Assembly: GCA_951813545.1 (NCBI GenBank)
Contig: OX638352.1
Location: 4,736,835 to 4,800,834, forward strand
Direction of reading: 5' to 3'
Source of the DNA: an uncultured Poribacteria bacterium
GTDB taxonomy: Bacteria; Poribacteria; WGA-4E; WGA-3G
Length of the DNA stretch: 64,000 nt
Shown piece by piece: positions 39,889 to 48,914 of this stretch (the stretch's first letter is position 1; each line of letters opens with the position of its first letter). The position numbers and the translations under genes were made by a program. The notes below the pieces were generated by a model. The model saw only the letters and a list, made by a program, of their open reading frames with translations. It searched no databases and was not told the origin of the DNA.

Positions 39889-42882
39889 ATGGAAACAACT
39901 CGGACACCAGAGGTAAACTTACGTCCCGGCGAACAACTTCACGGCTTTGAGGTGAAAGCCGTTACACCGATCGACGAATTGCGAGCAGTGACAATTGAAT
40001 TGGCACACCAACATAGCGGTGCCCGCCTGCTACATCTCTATACAAACGATACGGAAAATCTCTTCTCCATTAATTTCCCGACCCCGCCATCAGACGATAC
40101 CGGCGTACCCCATATTCTTGAACATGCTGTTTTGGCAGGCTCACACAAATTTCCGGTTAAAGAGCCCTTCTTTGAAATGATTAAAATGAGCATGGCAACA
40201 TTTATTAACGCCATGACAAGTGCCGATTTTACATGCTATCCGGTATCAAGCAACGTAAAAAAAGACCTTTTCAACTTGGCAGAAGTTTACTTTGACGCGG
40301 TCTTCCATCCACTACTGACCGAAAATACTTTCAAGCGTGAAGGACATCATCTCGCACCCGTCGATCCGGATGACCCTACAGGCGATTTAAAGATAACGGG
40401 TATCGTCTATAATGAGATGAAAGGCGCATTCTCAGATCCTGAAGCTCGGTTATATCGATCAATGACATGTCAACTCCTTCCAGATACGCTTTACGCATGT
40501 GAATCCGGCGGCGATCCAGATGCCATTCCGGATTTGACCTACGCGCAGCTCAAAGGATTTCATGAAACCTATTATCACCCAAGCAACGGCTATTTCGTTC
40601 TGTACGGGGACATTCCGACGAGCGACTATCTCACGTTCCTCGCCGATAAGTTAGATAAAATCCCAAAGAATGCTGCGAGTGCCTCTCTACGACCGCTAAG
40701 CCCGGAGGTCACACACCAACCGAAGTGGGATGCGCCACGGGCTGTAACGGATACCTACCCTGTCGGCGCAGATGAAGCACTCACAGAAAAAACATATATG
40801 ATGCTCAGTTGGTACATCGGAGAAGCGACCAAACCGGAAGCAGTTGTTTTAGGACGCATTTTGAGCCTTATACTGCTTGGCAATGAAGCCGCACCGCTCC
40901 GTAAAGCGATAATCGATTCCAAACTCGGTGCAGACCTCATCTATTCCGGTGCCAGTTCCATCGGACCCGCAGCTACTTTTCACGTTTCCCTCAAAGGGAG
41001 CGAAGTCGATCGCGTTGAAGCCTTCACACAACTCGTCACCGATACCCTAACAGCGATTGCGAATTCAGAGATTAATAACGAAAAGGTGGAAGCAGCGTTC
41101 CAACAAGCGACATACTATTACCAAGAAGTCGCTTCAATGTTCCCGCTCCGCATGCTCTACCGTGTCATTGAAGGCTGGATATATGAAAAAGATTCGGACA
41201 CCTTCCTAAAGATGGGAAAAACGCTGACTGATGTTCGTCAGCAGTGGCTGGAAAATCCATCAATTTTCAACGACTTCATCCGCGAGCATCTCATTGAGAA
41301 TCCACATCGTCTGACAAGTGTGTTGTCTCCTGATCAGGACATGCAGGCGAAAATGGATGCTGAACTCGCCGAACGGATGAAAGAGACACGGACACAACTC
41401 ACTGATGAAGAGGTACGGCAAATCGCCGCTGATGCTGCGGAACTCGAACGCCTCAACGGCGTCCCCAATTCGCCGGAAGCACTCGCAAATCTGCCACAAC
41501 TCCAAGTCAGCGATCTTCCCGATAAACCGAAACATTTTCCGAGAACAGTCGAAAATGTCGGTGGTCGGGATCTGCTCCGCAGCGATGTTTTTGCCAATGG
41601 TGTTAACTACCTTGTGCTCAACTTCAATTTACACGGGTTACCACAGCACCTCTGGACCTATCTACCCAGATATGCTGACGCTATTAGCAAACTCGGTGCC
41701 GCTGATATGAGTTATGAAGAGATGGCACAGCGGACATCTGCCGTCACCGGTGGTATTGGATGCTCACCGTGGTTTTCTACACACACACTCGATGCCAATC
41801 GTTCCATGCAGAGTATATCCTTTCACCTCAAAGCACTCGATGGGAAAATGGATGCCGCGCTCGATGTCTTGCACGATTTACTGTTTGCTGTGAACCCACG
41901 CGATACGGAACGCCTCCGGGACGTACTGGTTCAAGCGGTTGCAGAATATCAGACAGAAATGATCCACGACGGCTCAAGTACTGCGGTTCATCACGCTTCA
42001 CGTGGACTTTCGTCGAATGCGCATCTCGCCGAAATCATCTATGGTCTACCCCAACTCCGCAACAGCGAAACGCTCTTCAACGATTTTGACGAACTTCATA
42101 CCGACCTTATGGGTCATATAGAAGGAGTTCGCGATTTCCTGCTAACCCGTGAACGGGTGACCGCCAGCTTCACCGGTTCGGATACCGCTTTTGAAACGAC
42201 GCGAACCAAACTCGGTGAGTGGCTTGACGCGATGCGGAACGAGCCTGTTATTTCAGAACCGATTGCGTTCCAGCAGTTTGATACACCACCGAGAGAGGGA
42301 TTAGCCGGTCCCATTCAGATTGCGCATTGTGCGCATGTAATGCCGGCACCGCACTACTCCGATCCGGATTCAACGCTGCTGACGATCGGGGCGCATCTCA
42401 TTCGACTGGATTACATACTGAGTGAAATCCGCTTTAAAGGCAACGCTTATGGTGCCAGATTCAGCTATAGTCCTTATGACGCAGTCCTGTGTCAATCCTC
42501 GTATCGCGACCCACACGTCGCACGCACGATCAACGTCTTCGAGCAAACCGTTGATTACGTTAAACAGGTGGAATGGACACAAACAGACATAGACCGCGCG
42601 ATTATTGCTACGGCAAAAGATGGTGAGAAACCGATGCGTCCAGGTTTAGCTGCGAGAGAGGCACTGAGTCAACATCTTGTGGGGCAGACGCGCGAGATGC
42701 GAGAGGAACGCTACGCGCAACTCCGACGTGCCACCCCTGCTGAGGTGAAACGCGCGCTCCTTCAACTTTTAGAGGGAAACCGAGATAAAGCCGCGGTGTG
42801 TGCCGTTTCCAGTCGTGAAAAACTGGAAGCCGCAAACAGTGAATTAGCACAACCGCTTGTCATTGAGGATATTTTATCCTAA
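39889..42882 (+). CDS. M16C presequence-protease-like (insulinase family) metallopeptidase
   Basis: HILEH inverted zinc motif, FINAMT, GIVYNEMKG, IRFKGNAYGA, SYRDP. Confidence 0.95.
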   Translation: METTRTPEVNLRPGEQLHGFEVKAVTPIDELRAVTIELAHQHSGARLLHLYTNDTENLFSINFPTPPSDDTGVPHILEHAVLAGSHKFPVKEPFFEMIKMSMATFINAMTSADFTCYPVSSNVKKDLFNLAEVYFDAVFHPLLTENTFKREGHHLAPVDPDDPTGDLKITGIVYNEMKGAFSDPEARLYRSMTCQLLPDTLYACESGGDPDAIPDLTYAQLKGFHETYYHPSNGYFVLYGDIPTSDYLTFLADKLDKIPKNAASASLRPLSPEVTHQPKWDAPRAVTDTYPVGADEALTEKTYMMLSWYIGEATKPEAVVLGRILSLILLGNEAAPLRKAIIDSKLGADLIYSGASSIGPAATFHVSLKGSEVDRVEAFTQLVTDTLTAIANSEINNEKVEAAFQQATYYYQEVASMFPLRMLYRVIEGWIYEKDSDTFLKMGKTLTDVRQQWLENPSIFNDFIREHLIENPHRLTSVLSPDQDMQAKMDAELAERMKETRTQLTDEEVRQIAADAAELERLNGVPNSPEALANLPQLQVSDLPDKPKHFPRTVENVGGRDLLRSDVFANGVNYLVLNFNLHGLPQHLWTYLPRYADAISKLGAADMSYEEMAQRTSAVTGGIGCSPWFSTHTLDANRSMQSISFHLKALDGKMDAALDVLHDLLFAVNPRDTERLRDVLVQAVAEYQTEMIHDGSSTAVHHASRGLSSNAHLAEIIYGLPQLRNSETLFNDFDELHTDLMGHIEGVRDFLLTRERVTASFTGSDTAFETTRTKLGEWLDAMRNEPVISEPIAFQQFDTPPREGLAGPIQIAHCAHVMPAPHYSDPDSTLLTIGAHLIRLDYILSEIRFKGNAYGARFSYSPYDAVLCQSSYRDPHVARTINVFEQTVDYVKQVEWTQTDIDRAIIATAKDGEKPMRPGLAAREALSQHLVGQTREMREERYAQLRRATPAEVKRALLQLLEGNRDKAAVCAVSSREKLEAANSELAQPLVIEDILS

Positions 42883-42991
42883 CCTTGTTGCAGGCATGAT
42901 CTCTTTGTGCATAGACGCGCCTGCAAAGTACAACTGAAAGAAAAGGTAATTATAGAAATCCACGCTTACAACGAACACGAGAGGAATTAAA

Positions 42992-44344
42992 ATGATAAAA
43001 AAAATCGCAATTTTGACAATCTGTATCTTTGCTTTAGTGGCGGTTGCAACAATGGCATCACAGCCGGTCGGTTTTGAGAAGAACTGGCATCATTGGCGCG
43101 GACCGCATGCTACGGGTGCCGCAGCCGAAGCCAATCCGCCTACTACATGGAGCGAAACCGAGAACGTCCGCTGGAAAGTGGCTATCCCCGGCACGGGACA
43201 TGCCGCTCCAATTATCTGGGAGGACAAGATCTTCATCCAGACAGCAGTTAAGGGTGAAGCTGCCAAAGCGGAAGCCGAAGAATCAGATGATGATAATCCG
43301 TTCGGTGGCTTCTTTCAACAAAGGCGTGGGCGAGATGCAATTGAAAACTCTTATAAGTTTGACCTTCTCGCTATCAATCGAAATGACGGCAGTATTCTCT
43401 GGCAGAAGACACTGCGAGAGATAAACCCACATGAAGGCACACATCAAGATGCTACGTTCGCTTCAAACTCGCCGGTCACCGACGGTGAGCACATCTATGC
43501 CTATTTTGGTTCACGCGGGCTTTACTGTGTAGATATGATGGGCAATGTGAAGTGGGAAAAGGACATCGGCACGATGTATAAACGGAATACCTTCGGTGAA
43601 GGGAGTTCGCCTGTTCTTCACGGAAACACGCTTGTTATTGTACAGGACCATGAAGGTGATTCCTTTATCACGGCTCTTGACAAACGGACAGGCGATGTCT
43701 TGTGGAAGACCGCTCGCGATGAAAGAACGACTTGGTTTTCACCTATCGTTGTTGAACAGAATGGAAAAGCGCAGGTAATTACGACAGGCACCAATCGTGT
43801 TCGTAGTTACGATTTGGAGACTGGCGAACTTTTATGGGATGGCGACGGATTGACTGCGAATAGTATTCCTTCCCCTGTTGCTGCTGATGGGTTCGTTTAC
43901 CTGATGAGTGGCTTCCGGGGCAGTGAATTGCTGGCAGTTCAACTTGAAAAGGCGATGGGTGATATTACCGATTCCAGTGCCGTTGTCTGGGAACATAATC
44001 GTGATACACCCTATGTTCCTTCACCCCTCCTCTATGGGAATACACTCTATTTCTTGAAAAGCAATGATGGTATCCTCACTGCCTTCAATGTTGAGACAGG
44101 ACAAGCATATTATGGACCAGTACGGTTACAAGGCGTTTCTGGTGTCTACGCTTCAATTGTTGGGGCATCAGATCGCATCTACATCGCCGGACGGAACGGG
44201 ACGATCAACGTTCTCCAACACGGTCCCGAATTTAGTGTCATAGCGGAAAACACTCTGGATGATAGTTTCAACGCATCGCCCGCGATTGTCGGTTCAGAGT
44301 TATATCTCCGTGGCGGTCAGTATCTTTACTGCATTGCAGAGTAA
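42992..44344 (+). CDS. Secreted PQQ-like beta-propeller repeat protein
   Basis: Signal peptide, NWHHWRGP, propeller repeats. Confidence 0.9.
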   Translation: MIKKIAILTICIFALVAVATMASQPVGFEKNWHHWRGPHATGAAAEANPPTTWSETENVRWKVAIPGTGHAAPIIWEDKIFIQTAVKGEAAKAEAEESDDDNPFGGFFQQRRGRDAIENSYKFDLLAINRNDGSILWQKTLREINPHEGTHQDATFASNSPVTDGEHIYAYFGSRGLYCVDMMGNVKWEKDIGTMYKRNTFGEGSSPVLHGNTLVIVQDHEGDSFITALDKRTGDVLWKTARDERTTWFSPIVVEQNGKAQVITTGTNRVRSYDLETGELLWDGDGLTANSIPSPVAADGFVYLMSGFRGSELLAVQLEKAMGDITDSSAVVWEHNRDTPYVPSPLLYGNTLYFLKSNDGILTAFNVETGQAYYGPVRLQGVSGVYASIVGASDRIYIAGRNGTINVLQHGPEFSVIAENTLDDSFNASPAIVGSELYLRGGQYLYCIAE

Positions 44345-44345
44345 T

Positions 44346-44463
44346 TATAGTAAAACCTACAATTAATTAGACATTGTAGAAGGGCGAGGATACAATCCTC
44401 GCCAGCGGTGGTGCGGTGTTTTGTGTTTTCCAAAGTGCCCTCTTATTTTCGGGTTTTACTATA
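44346..44463. mobile_element. MITE/REPIN-like element, copy 2
   Basis: 12-bp TIR TATAGTAAAACC; 34-bp core identical to 9354-9387. Confidence 0.78.
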
Positions 44464-44550
44464 GTTATCAGTCGTCAGTTGTCAGTTATCAGTTACAAGA
44501 GAACTTTGTTAAACGAAAATCTCTTAACTGAAGACTGACAACTGACAGCC
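44463..44550. repeat. Inverted heptamer arrays (TCAGT..)n / (ACTGA..)n flanking AAGAG..CTCTT; probably acts as a bidirectional terminator between convergent genes
   Basis: ttatcag-tcgtcag-ttgtcag-ttatcag ... actgaag-actgaca-actgaca. Confidence 0.7.
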
Positions 44551-44556
44551 AATTAT

Positions 44557-45303
44557 CTAATATGTTGCTCTTCCACCGCTGACATCGTAGCACTGTCCCG
44601 TCACAAAGCTTGCCTCATCCGATGCCAAGAAATTCACGACCGCAGCAACTTCCTCTGGTTTCCCAACGCGTCCCAACGGAATCTTACCCACCATATAATC
44701 GATGGTTGATTGTGCCATACCTTCCAATATCGGTGTTTCGATGACCGCTGGAGACACTGCATTCACGCGGATGTTATAGTCCGTTACCTCTTTGGCGAGT
44801 GCCTTCGTTAGGCAGATAACCCCTGCTTTAGATACAGAATACGGGATGAGTGTCGGATTTCCCTCCTTGCCAGCGATTGAGGCGATGTTCACAATCCTGC
44901 CATAGTCCTGTGCGATCATGGGAGCGATCACCGCCTTACAACAGAGAAAAACACCTGTCAGGTTTACGCCTATCACGGTGTCCCAATCCGATTCTTCTAA
45001 GTCTGTCAATGGAAGCGTGCGTCCTGCAATTCCAGCGTTGTTGACGAGAATATCAACACGGCCGAAGGTGGAAATAACATTTTCGACAGCAGCGTTGACA
45101 TCGGTGGATACCGAAACATCTGCCTGAACGGGCAGTGCTTTGCGTCCCGTAGATTCAATCTCCTGCGCGACCGCTTCAGCTGCTGCTGCATTTAAATCCA
45201 TAATGGCGACATTCGCGCCTGCGTTCGCAAGTCTGATAGCAATCGCTTTACCGATACCCTGCCCCGCGCCTGTCACAATCGCAATTTTATCCGTTAGATT
45301 CAT
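44557..45303 (-). CDS. Short-chain dehydrogenase/reductase (FabG-like); start MNLTDK at 45303
   Basis: TGAGQGIG, NNAGI, YSVSK; AGGAGG RBS. Confidence 0.93.
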   Translation of the reverse strand: MNLTDKIAIVTGAGQGIGKAIAIRLANAGANVAIMDLNAAAAEAVAQEIESTGRKALPVQADVSVSTDVNAAVENVISTFGRVDILVNNAGIAGRTLPLTDLEESDWDTVIGVNLTGVFLCCKAVIAPMIAQDYGRIVNIASIAGKEGNPTLIPYSVSKAGVICLTKALAKEVTDYNIRVNAVSPAVIETPILEGMAQSTIDYMVGKIPLGRVGKPEEVAAVVNFLASDEASFVTGQCYDVSGGRATY

Positions 45304-45859
45304 TAAAATCCCTCCTGAGTTCCAAAAAATCGTCCAGTTCAACGCCGAACGCGTCCGCGATCCGATTGATGTAGCTGAAAAAGCCAACGACCTCCACGAT
45401 AGCGAAGAGTGCTTCGTCGGTGAGTCCGTAGCTGCGAAGGTGTTCAAGGTCTGCTGGTGTAACAGTAGATGCTGCTTCTGTTACTTTAACGGCAAATTCA
45501 AGGATCGCTTTTGTGGTTTCGTCAATATCAGCCTTGTGAAAGTCAGTTACAATCTGGGCAATCTGCCCATCTGTGAGTTGTGCCCGCAACTCATCAGCAT
45601 GTGCGATTATTCAGTAGTGGCATTCGTTCACTTTCGAGACAACAGTTGCAATCATTTCACGCTGCATTCGGCTCAACGGGGAGTCCTCGTCAAACATTAT
45701 CGCTATGTAGAGTTCAATGAAAGGACGCATGCTTTTTGGTCGTACGCTGAGGAGTCTGACGATATTGTAAACTTGTCCCGCCCGCGCAATTGCCGCGTCG
45801 TATTCTTCTTTCACGATACCGGTTGCTTCGGCTTCGTCTACAGTGCGAATCCACGCCAT
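45287..45859 (-). CDS. AhpD/CMD-like peroxidase-related selenoprotein (190 aa; in-frame TGA at 45611-45613 read as Sec)
   Basis: ORFs 45611-45859 and 45287-45589 are in the same frame; read-through gives REMIATVVSKVNECHYUIIAH, matching the AhpD E..A..VS..N.CxxC..xH motif; a hairpin follows the TGA. Confidence 0.88.
45571..45610 (-). promoter_or_regulatory. Putative bacterial SECIS element
   Basis: After UGA: 17 nt, then UGAGUUG-CGGGCA-CAACUCA (7-bp perfect stem, G-containing loop 24 nt from UGA), extendable by CUG/CAG. Confidence 0.72.
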
Positions 45860-45862
45860 TTT

Positions 45863-47092
45863 TTACTCTCCAATTACGACACCGTATTCACCGACAACTG
45901 CGCCTTTGTGTCCGGTCTGGTAGTGTAGGTGTCTTTCACCGACGATAGGTTGTGTGCTTTGTACTTCTACTGTGCCGCGAACTTTCCCCATCGCTCCTTC
46001 ATCCATATCAACACAGCAGAACGGTTTAATTTGGCGATGCACTTGCTGCTTAATGTCCCCTTGTCGGTTGCGGACGATAACGTTGACAAAAGCATCTGCT
46101 TCTCCAACGTTAAGAAATCGGAACCAGTCCCAGGCACCCCCGGCAATTTCAGGGAAAAAGAGCCGGAGCCCAACTTGTCCTCCCTCAACCGATGCACCGG
46201 GTAGATCGATAATGGCTGTCCCACTATGCATGTGTCGTTCCGCGACAACCGGTTGATCGCTGCGTACCTCTACGGAGGATTTCACTTTAATGTCATCCAT
46301 AGGTGGTGTCCAGCACTCAAAAGGTCTCAGTTGATCGCGTTTTTTTGTCCACGTTGCTTGCGCATTGTCATCTTTACGTGCGATCATCGTTACTTCTGCA
46401 TCTTCTCTCCCGACGTTGACGATTACAACCCAATCTTGCCATGCAGGTCCGACTTCTGGCAAAAAGAGTGTGCGCGGCGCATCCGAAATCAACTGCCCAA
46501 ATTGCCCAACGGATGTCTTCCCTCCCTGATAGTGGAGATGGCGCTCTCCCACAATCGGTTGTGAACTTTGCATCTCAACCGTGCCGGTGACGTTCCCCAT
46601 AACACCTTCGTTGAGATCCCAACAGCAGAGGGGCTCAATAACGTGGTGTCGTTGCCTGATTACATCGCCGTTTCTGTTTCGGACGGTAATGTTGACGTGC
46701 GCATCCGCTTCACCGACGTTTAGGACCCGAAACCAATCGTGGGCACCGGAGACCAGTTCCGGAAAGAAGAGCCGCTGCCCGACTGTTCCATATTCCTCCG
46801 CTGCACCAATGAAATCAAGCACGTTCGTGTCCTTGTGCATGTGCCGTTCCGCCACAATCGGTTGATCTGCAGTGAACTGCATTGAGGAGTTCTCTTTAAT
46901 CTCTTCGACGTTCGGTATCCAGGACTCGAAGGAGCTTATTGTTTTCTCCGCAGACCAAGTCGGTTGTCCGTTACGGGCATGTCTCGCTATCGCAGTTACA
47001 CGGGTATCTTCAGGTCCCACATTCGTAACTTGGACCCAGTCTTGCCATTGGGGTCCCACTTCTGGAAAATAAAGGGTTGTTGCTCCTGGCAT
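45863..47092 (-). CDS. Four-repeat beta-sandwich-like protein of unknown function (about 100-aa repeats in ABAB order)
   Basis: Each repeat starts L(Y/F)(F/L)PE..DW..NVG and ends QP(I/V)V(A/G)ERHxH; AGGAGG RBS; no signal peptide. Confidence 0.8.
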   Translation of the reverse strand: MPGATTLYFPEVGPQWQDWVQVTNVGPEDTRVTAIARHARNGQPTWSAEKTISSFESWIPNVEEIKENSSMQFTADQPIVAERHMHKDTNVLDFIGAAEEYGTVGQRLFFPELVSGAHDWFRVLNVGEADAHVNITVRNRNGDVIRQRHHVIEPLCCWDLNEGVMGNVTGTVEMQSSQPIVGERHLHYQGGKTSVGQFGQLISDAPRTLFLPEVGPAWQDWVVIVNVGREDAEVTMIARKDDNAQATWTKKRDQLRPFECWTPPMDDIKVKSSVEVRSDQPVVAERHMHSGTAIIDLPGASVEGGQVGLRLFFPEIAGGAWDWFRFLNVGEADAFVNVIVRNRQGDIKQQVHRQIKPFCCVDMDEGAMGKVRGTVEVQSTQPIVGERHLHYQTGHKGAVVGEYGVVIGE

Positions 47093-47295
47093 TGGTGCCT
47101 CCTATTTAAAGCCTTTTTTATACCGATATATACTCGCAACGTGTGATTACGAGAAAATTAAGAACGTCATAATGAATATTGCTGTTACTATTTTAACTTG
47201 CACTTATTTATATTTTCCACTATAATTTCGGTCAATGCCATTTAGTTCACACCCAGCCATTCAGTTATCAGTTTTCTACCCGTTTTGTGTCGGGT

Positions 47296-47577
47296 GTCGT
47301 GGTTTGGGGATCCCTTCTACAGAAGGGATCGGGAATTGGAGTTCCTTCCTACAGAAGAGTCGGGAATCGGAGTTCCCTCCTACAGAAGAGTCGGGAATCG
47401 GAGTTCCCTCCTACAGAAGGGATCGGGAATTGGAGTTCCTTCCTACAGAAGAGTCGGGAATCGGAGTTCCCTCCTACAGAAGAGTCGGGAATCGGAGTTC
47501 CTTCCTACAGAAGAGTCGGGAATCGGAGTTCCCTCCTACAGAAGAGTCGGGAATCGGAGTTCCCTCCTACAGAAGAG
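47296..47577. repeat. Tandem array of a 31-bp GTAG-type REP unit (8 full copies plus 1 degenerate)
   Basis: TCGGGAATCGGAGTTCCCTCCTACAGAAGAG units at 47329, 47360, 47391, 47423, 47454, 47485, 47516 and 47547. Confidence 0.96.
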
Positions 47578-47605
47578 ATGGCTTTCATAATTTGAGGAGA
47601 AAACA

Positions 47606-47893
47606 ATGGCTGCGAAAAAACTTTCAGACGCTGAAATTCAGGAAAACCTTGAACAACTCAACGGTTGGACAGTGGAAGACGGTAAACTGCACAAGGAATA
47701 TCAGTTTGACACCTTTGTTACAGCCTTCGGTTTTATGACACAACTCGCCCTAATCGCGGAATCCATGAATCACCACCCCGAATGGTTTAACGTCTATAAC
47801 CGTGTGACAATTGATTTGATGACACACGATGCAGGTGGCATCAGTGAATTGGATTTTCAATGGGCAAAGCACGCGGATTCGATTAGTGGATAA
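47606..47893 (+). CDS. phhB: Pterin-4-alpha-carbinolamine dehydratase
   Basis: NHHPEWFNVYNRV..LMTHDAGGISELD. Confidence 0.93.
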   Translation: MAAKKLSDAEIQENLEQLNGWTVEDGKLHKEYQFDTFVTAFGFMTQLALIAESMNHHPEWFNVYNRVTIDLMTHDAGGISELDFQWAKHADSISG

Positions 47894-47941
47894 ACCGGTT
47901 TCTTGTAGATGGGGACGACATAATCCGCACTGGAGAGACGC

Positions 47942-48889
47942 ATGGATAAACTGAAAGTCTTAATTGGAAGTCGACAGGCACCAGAAATTGAGGGTATGCT
48001 GTCGGATGTCCCACCGGGTGTTGAGGTACGCTTTTTGCCACACGGTGAATCCTTGCGCGAACATATTGCTGACGTTGACATTTTGTTTGGACACCTTGGC
48101 GAAGATGCAATACCGGAAGCGACTGCGCTGCGTTGGGTGCACCAACCACACGCCGGTGTTGAAGGATTTATGTATCCTGCTTTCAAAGCGAGCGAGGTTA
48201 TACTCACCAACTGTCGTGGCTTGTACGGCACACAGATTGCAGAACACGCCTTCGCCCTACTTTTGTCCATCACCCGACGGATTCCTGACCAATTAGAATT
48301 TATGAAGACAAAGCATTGGGAGCGCGTTCCGTGTGTTGAAGTAGCGGGTATGACAATGGGCATCCTCGGATTAGGGGGCATCGGACGGGCGATTGCAGCA
48401 CGCGCACAGACGTTTGAATTTAATGTTATTGCTGCTGATGTAGAGCCGATTGACAAACCTGATACCGTGTCGGAACTCTTCGGTTTGGATGAATTAATGG
48501 CGTTTCTGGCGAAGTCGAACATCCTCATGGTATGTTGTCCGAGCACGCCTGAAACACATAAACTTCTATCACACGCACAGTTCAATCAGATGCCTGATGC
48601 CAGTTATGTCGTGAACGTCAGTCGTGGCAAGGTGATTGACGAAGAGGCGTTGATAGAAGCACTTCAGCGAGCGAAATTAGCAGGTGCGGGGTTGGACGTA
48701 ACGTATACGGAACCGTGTCCACCGGAAAGCCCGTTGTGGGAACAGCAGAATGTGATTTTAACTTCGCACAGCGCAGGTTCTTCGCAGCACATTCGGAGGC
48801 GTGCCATGCAACTTTTTATTGATAATCTGCATCTCTACGTGGAAGGTAAGCCTTTAGTCAATGTCGTTGATAAACAGAAGGGATACTAA
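47942..48889 (+). CDS. D-isomer-specific 2-hydroxyacid dehydrogenase
   Basis: GLGGIG, NVSRGKV, LDVTYTEP, TSHSAG. Confidence 0.93.
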   Translation: MDKLKVLIGSRQAPEIEGMLSDVPPGVEVRFLPHGESLREHIADVDILFGHLGEDAIPEATALRWVHQPHAGVEGFMYPAFKASEVILTNCRGLYGTQIAEHAFALLLSITRRIPDQLEFMKTKHWERVPCVEVAGMTMGILGLGGIGRAIAARAQTFEFNVIAADVEPIDKPDTVSELFGLDELMAFLAKSNILMVCCPSTPETHKLLSHAQFNQMPDASYVVNVSRGKVIDEEALIEALQRAKLAGAGLDVTYTEPCPPESPLWEQQNVILTSHSAGSSQHIRRRAMQLFIDNLHLYVEGKPLVNVVDKQKGY

Positions 48890-48914
48890 ATCACAACACA
48901 GAAATGGAGAGAAA

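Noticed and set aside
45287-45859. Two separate small genes or a nonsense pseudogene
   Set aside because: The stop is TGA exactly at the catalytic Cys position, the frame continues intact and a SECIS-like stem follows, so Sec recoding explains it better.
47235-47738. CRISPR array, and the three overlapping ORFs across the 31-bp repeat
   Set aside because: The repeats are contiguous with no spacers; the ORFs are open in all three frames only because the unit lacks stops on this strand.
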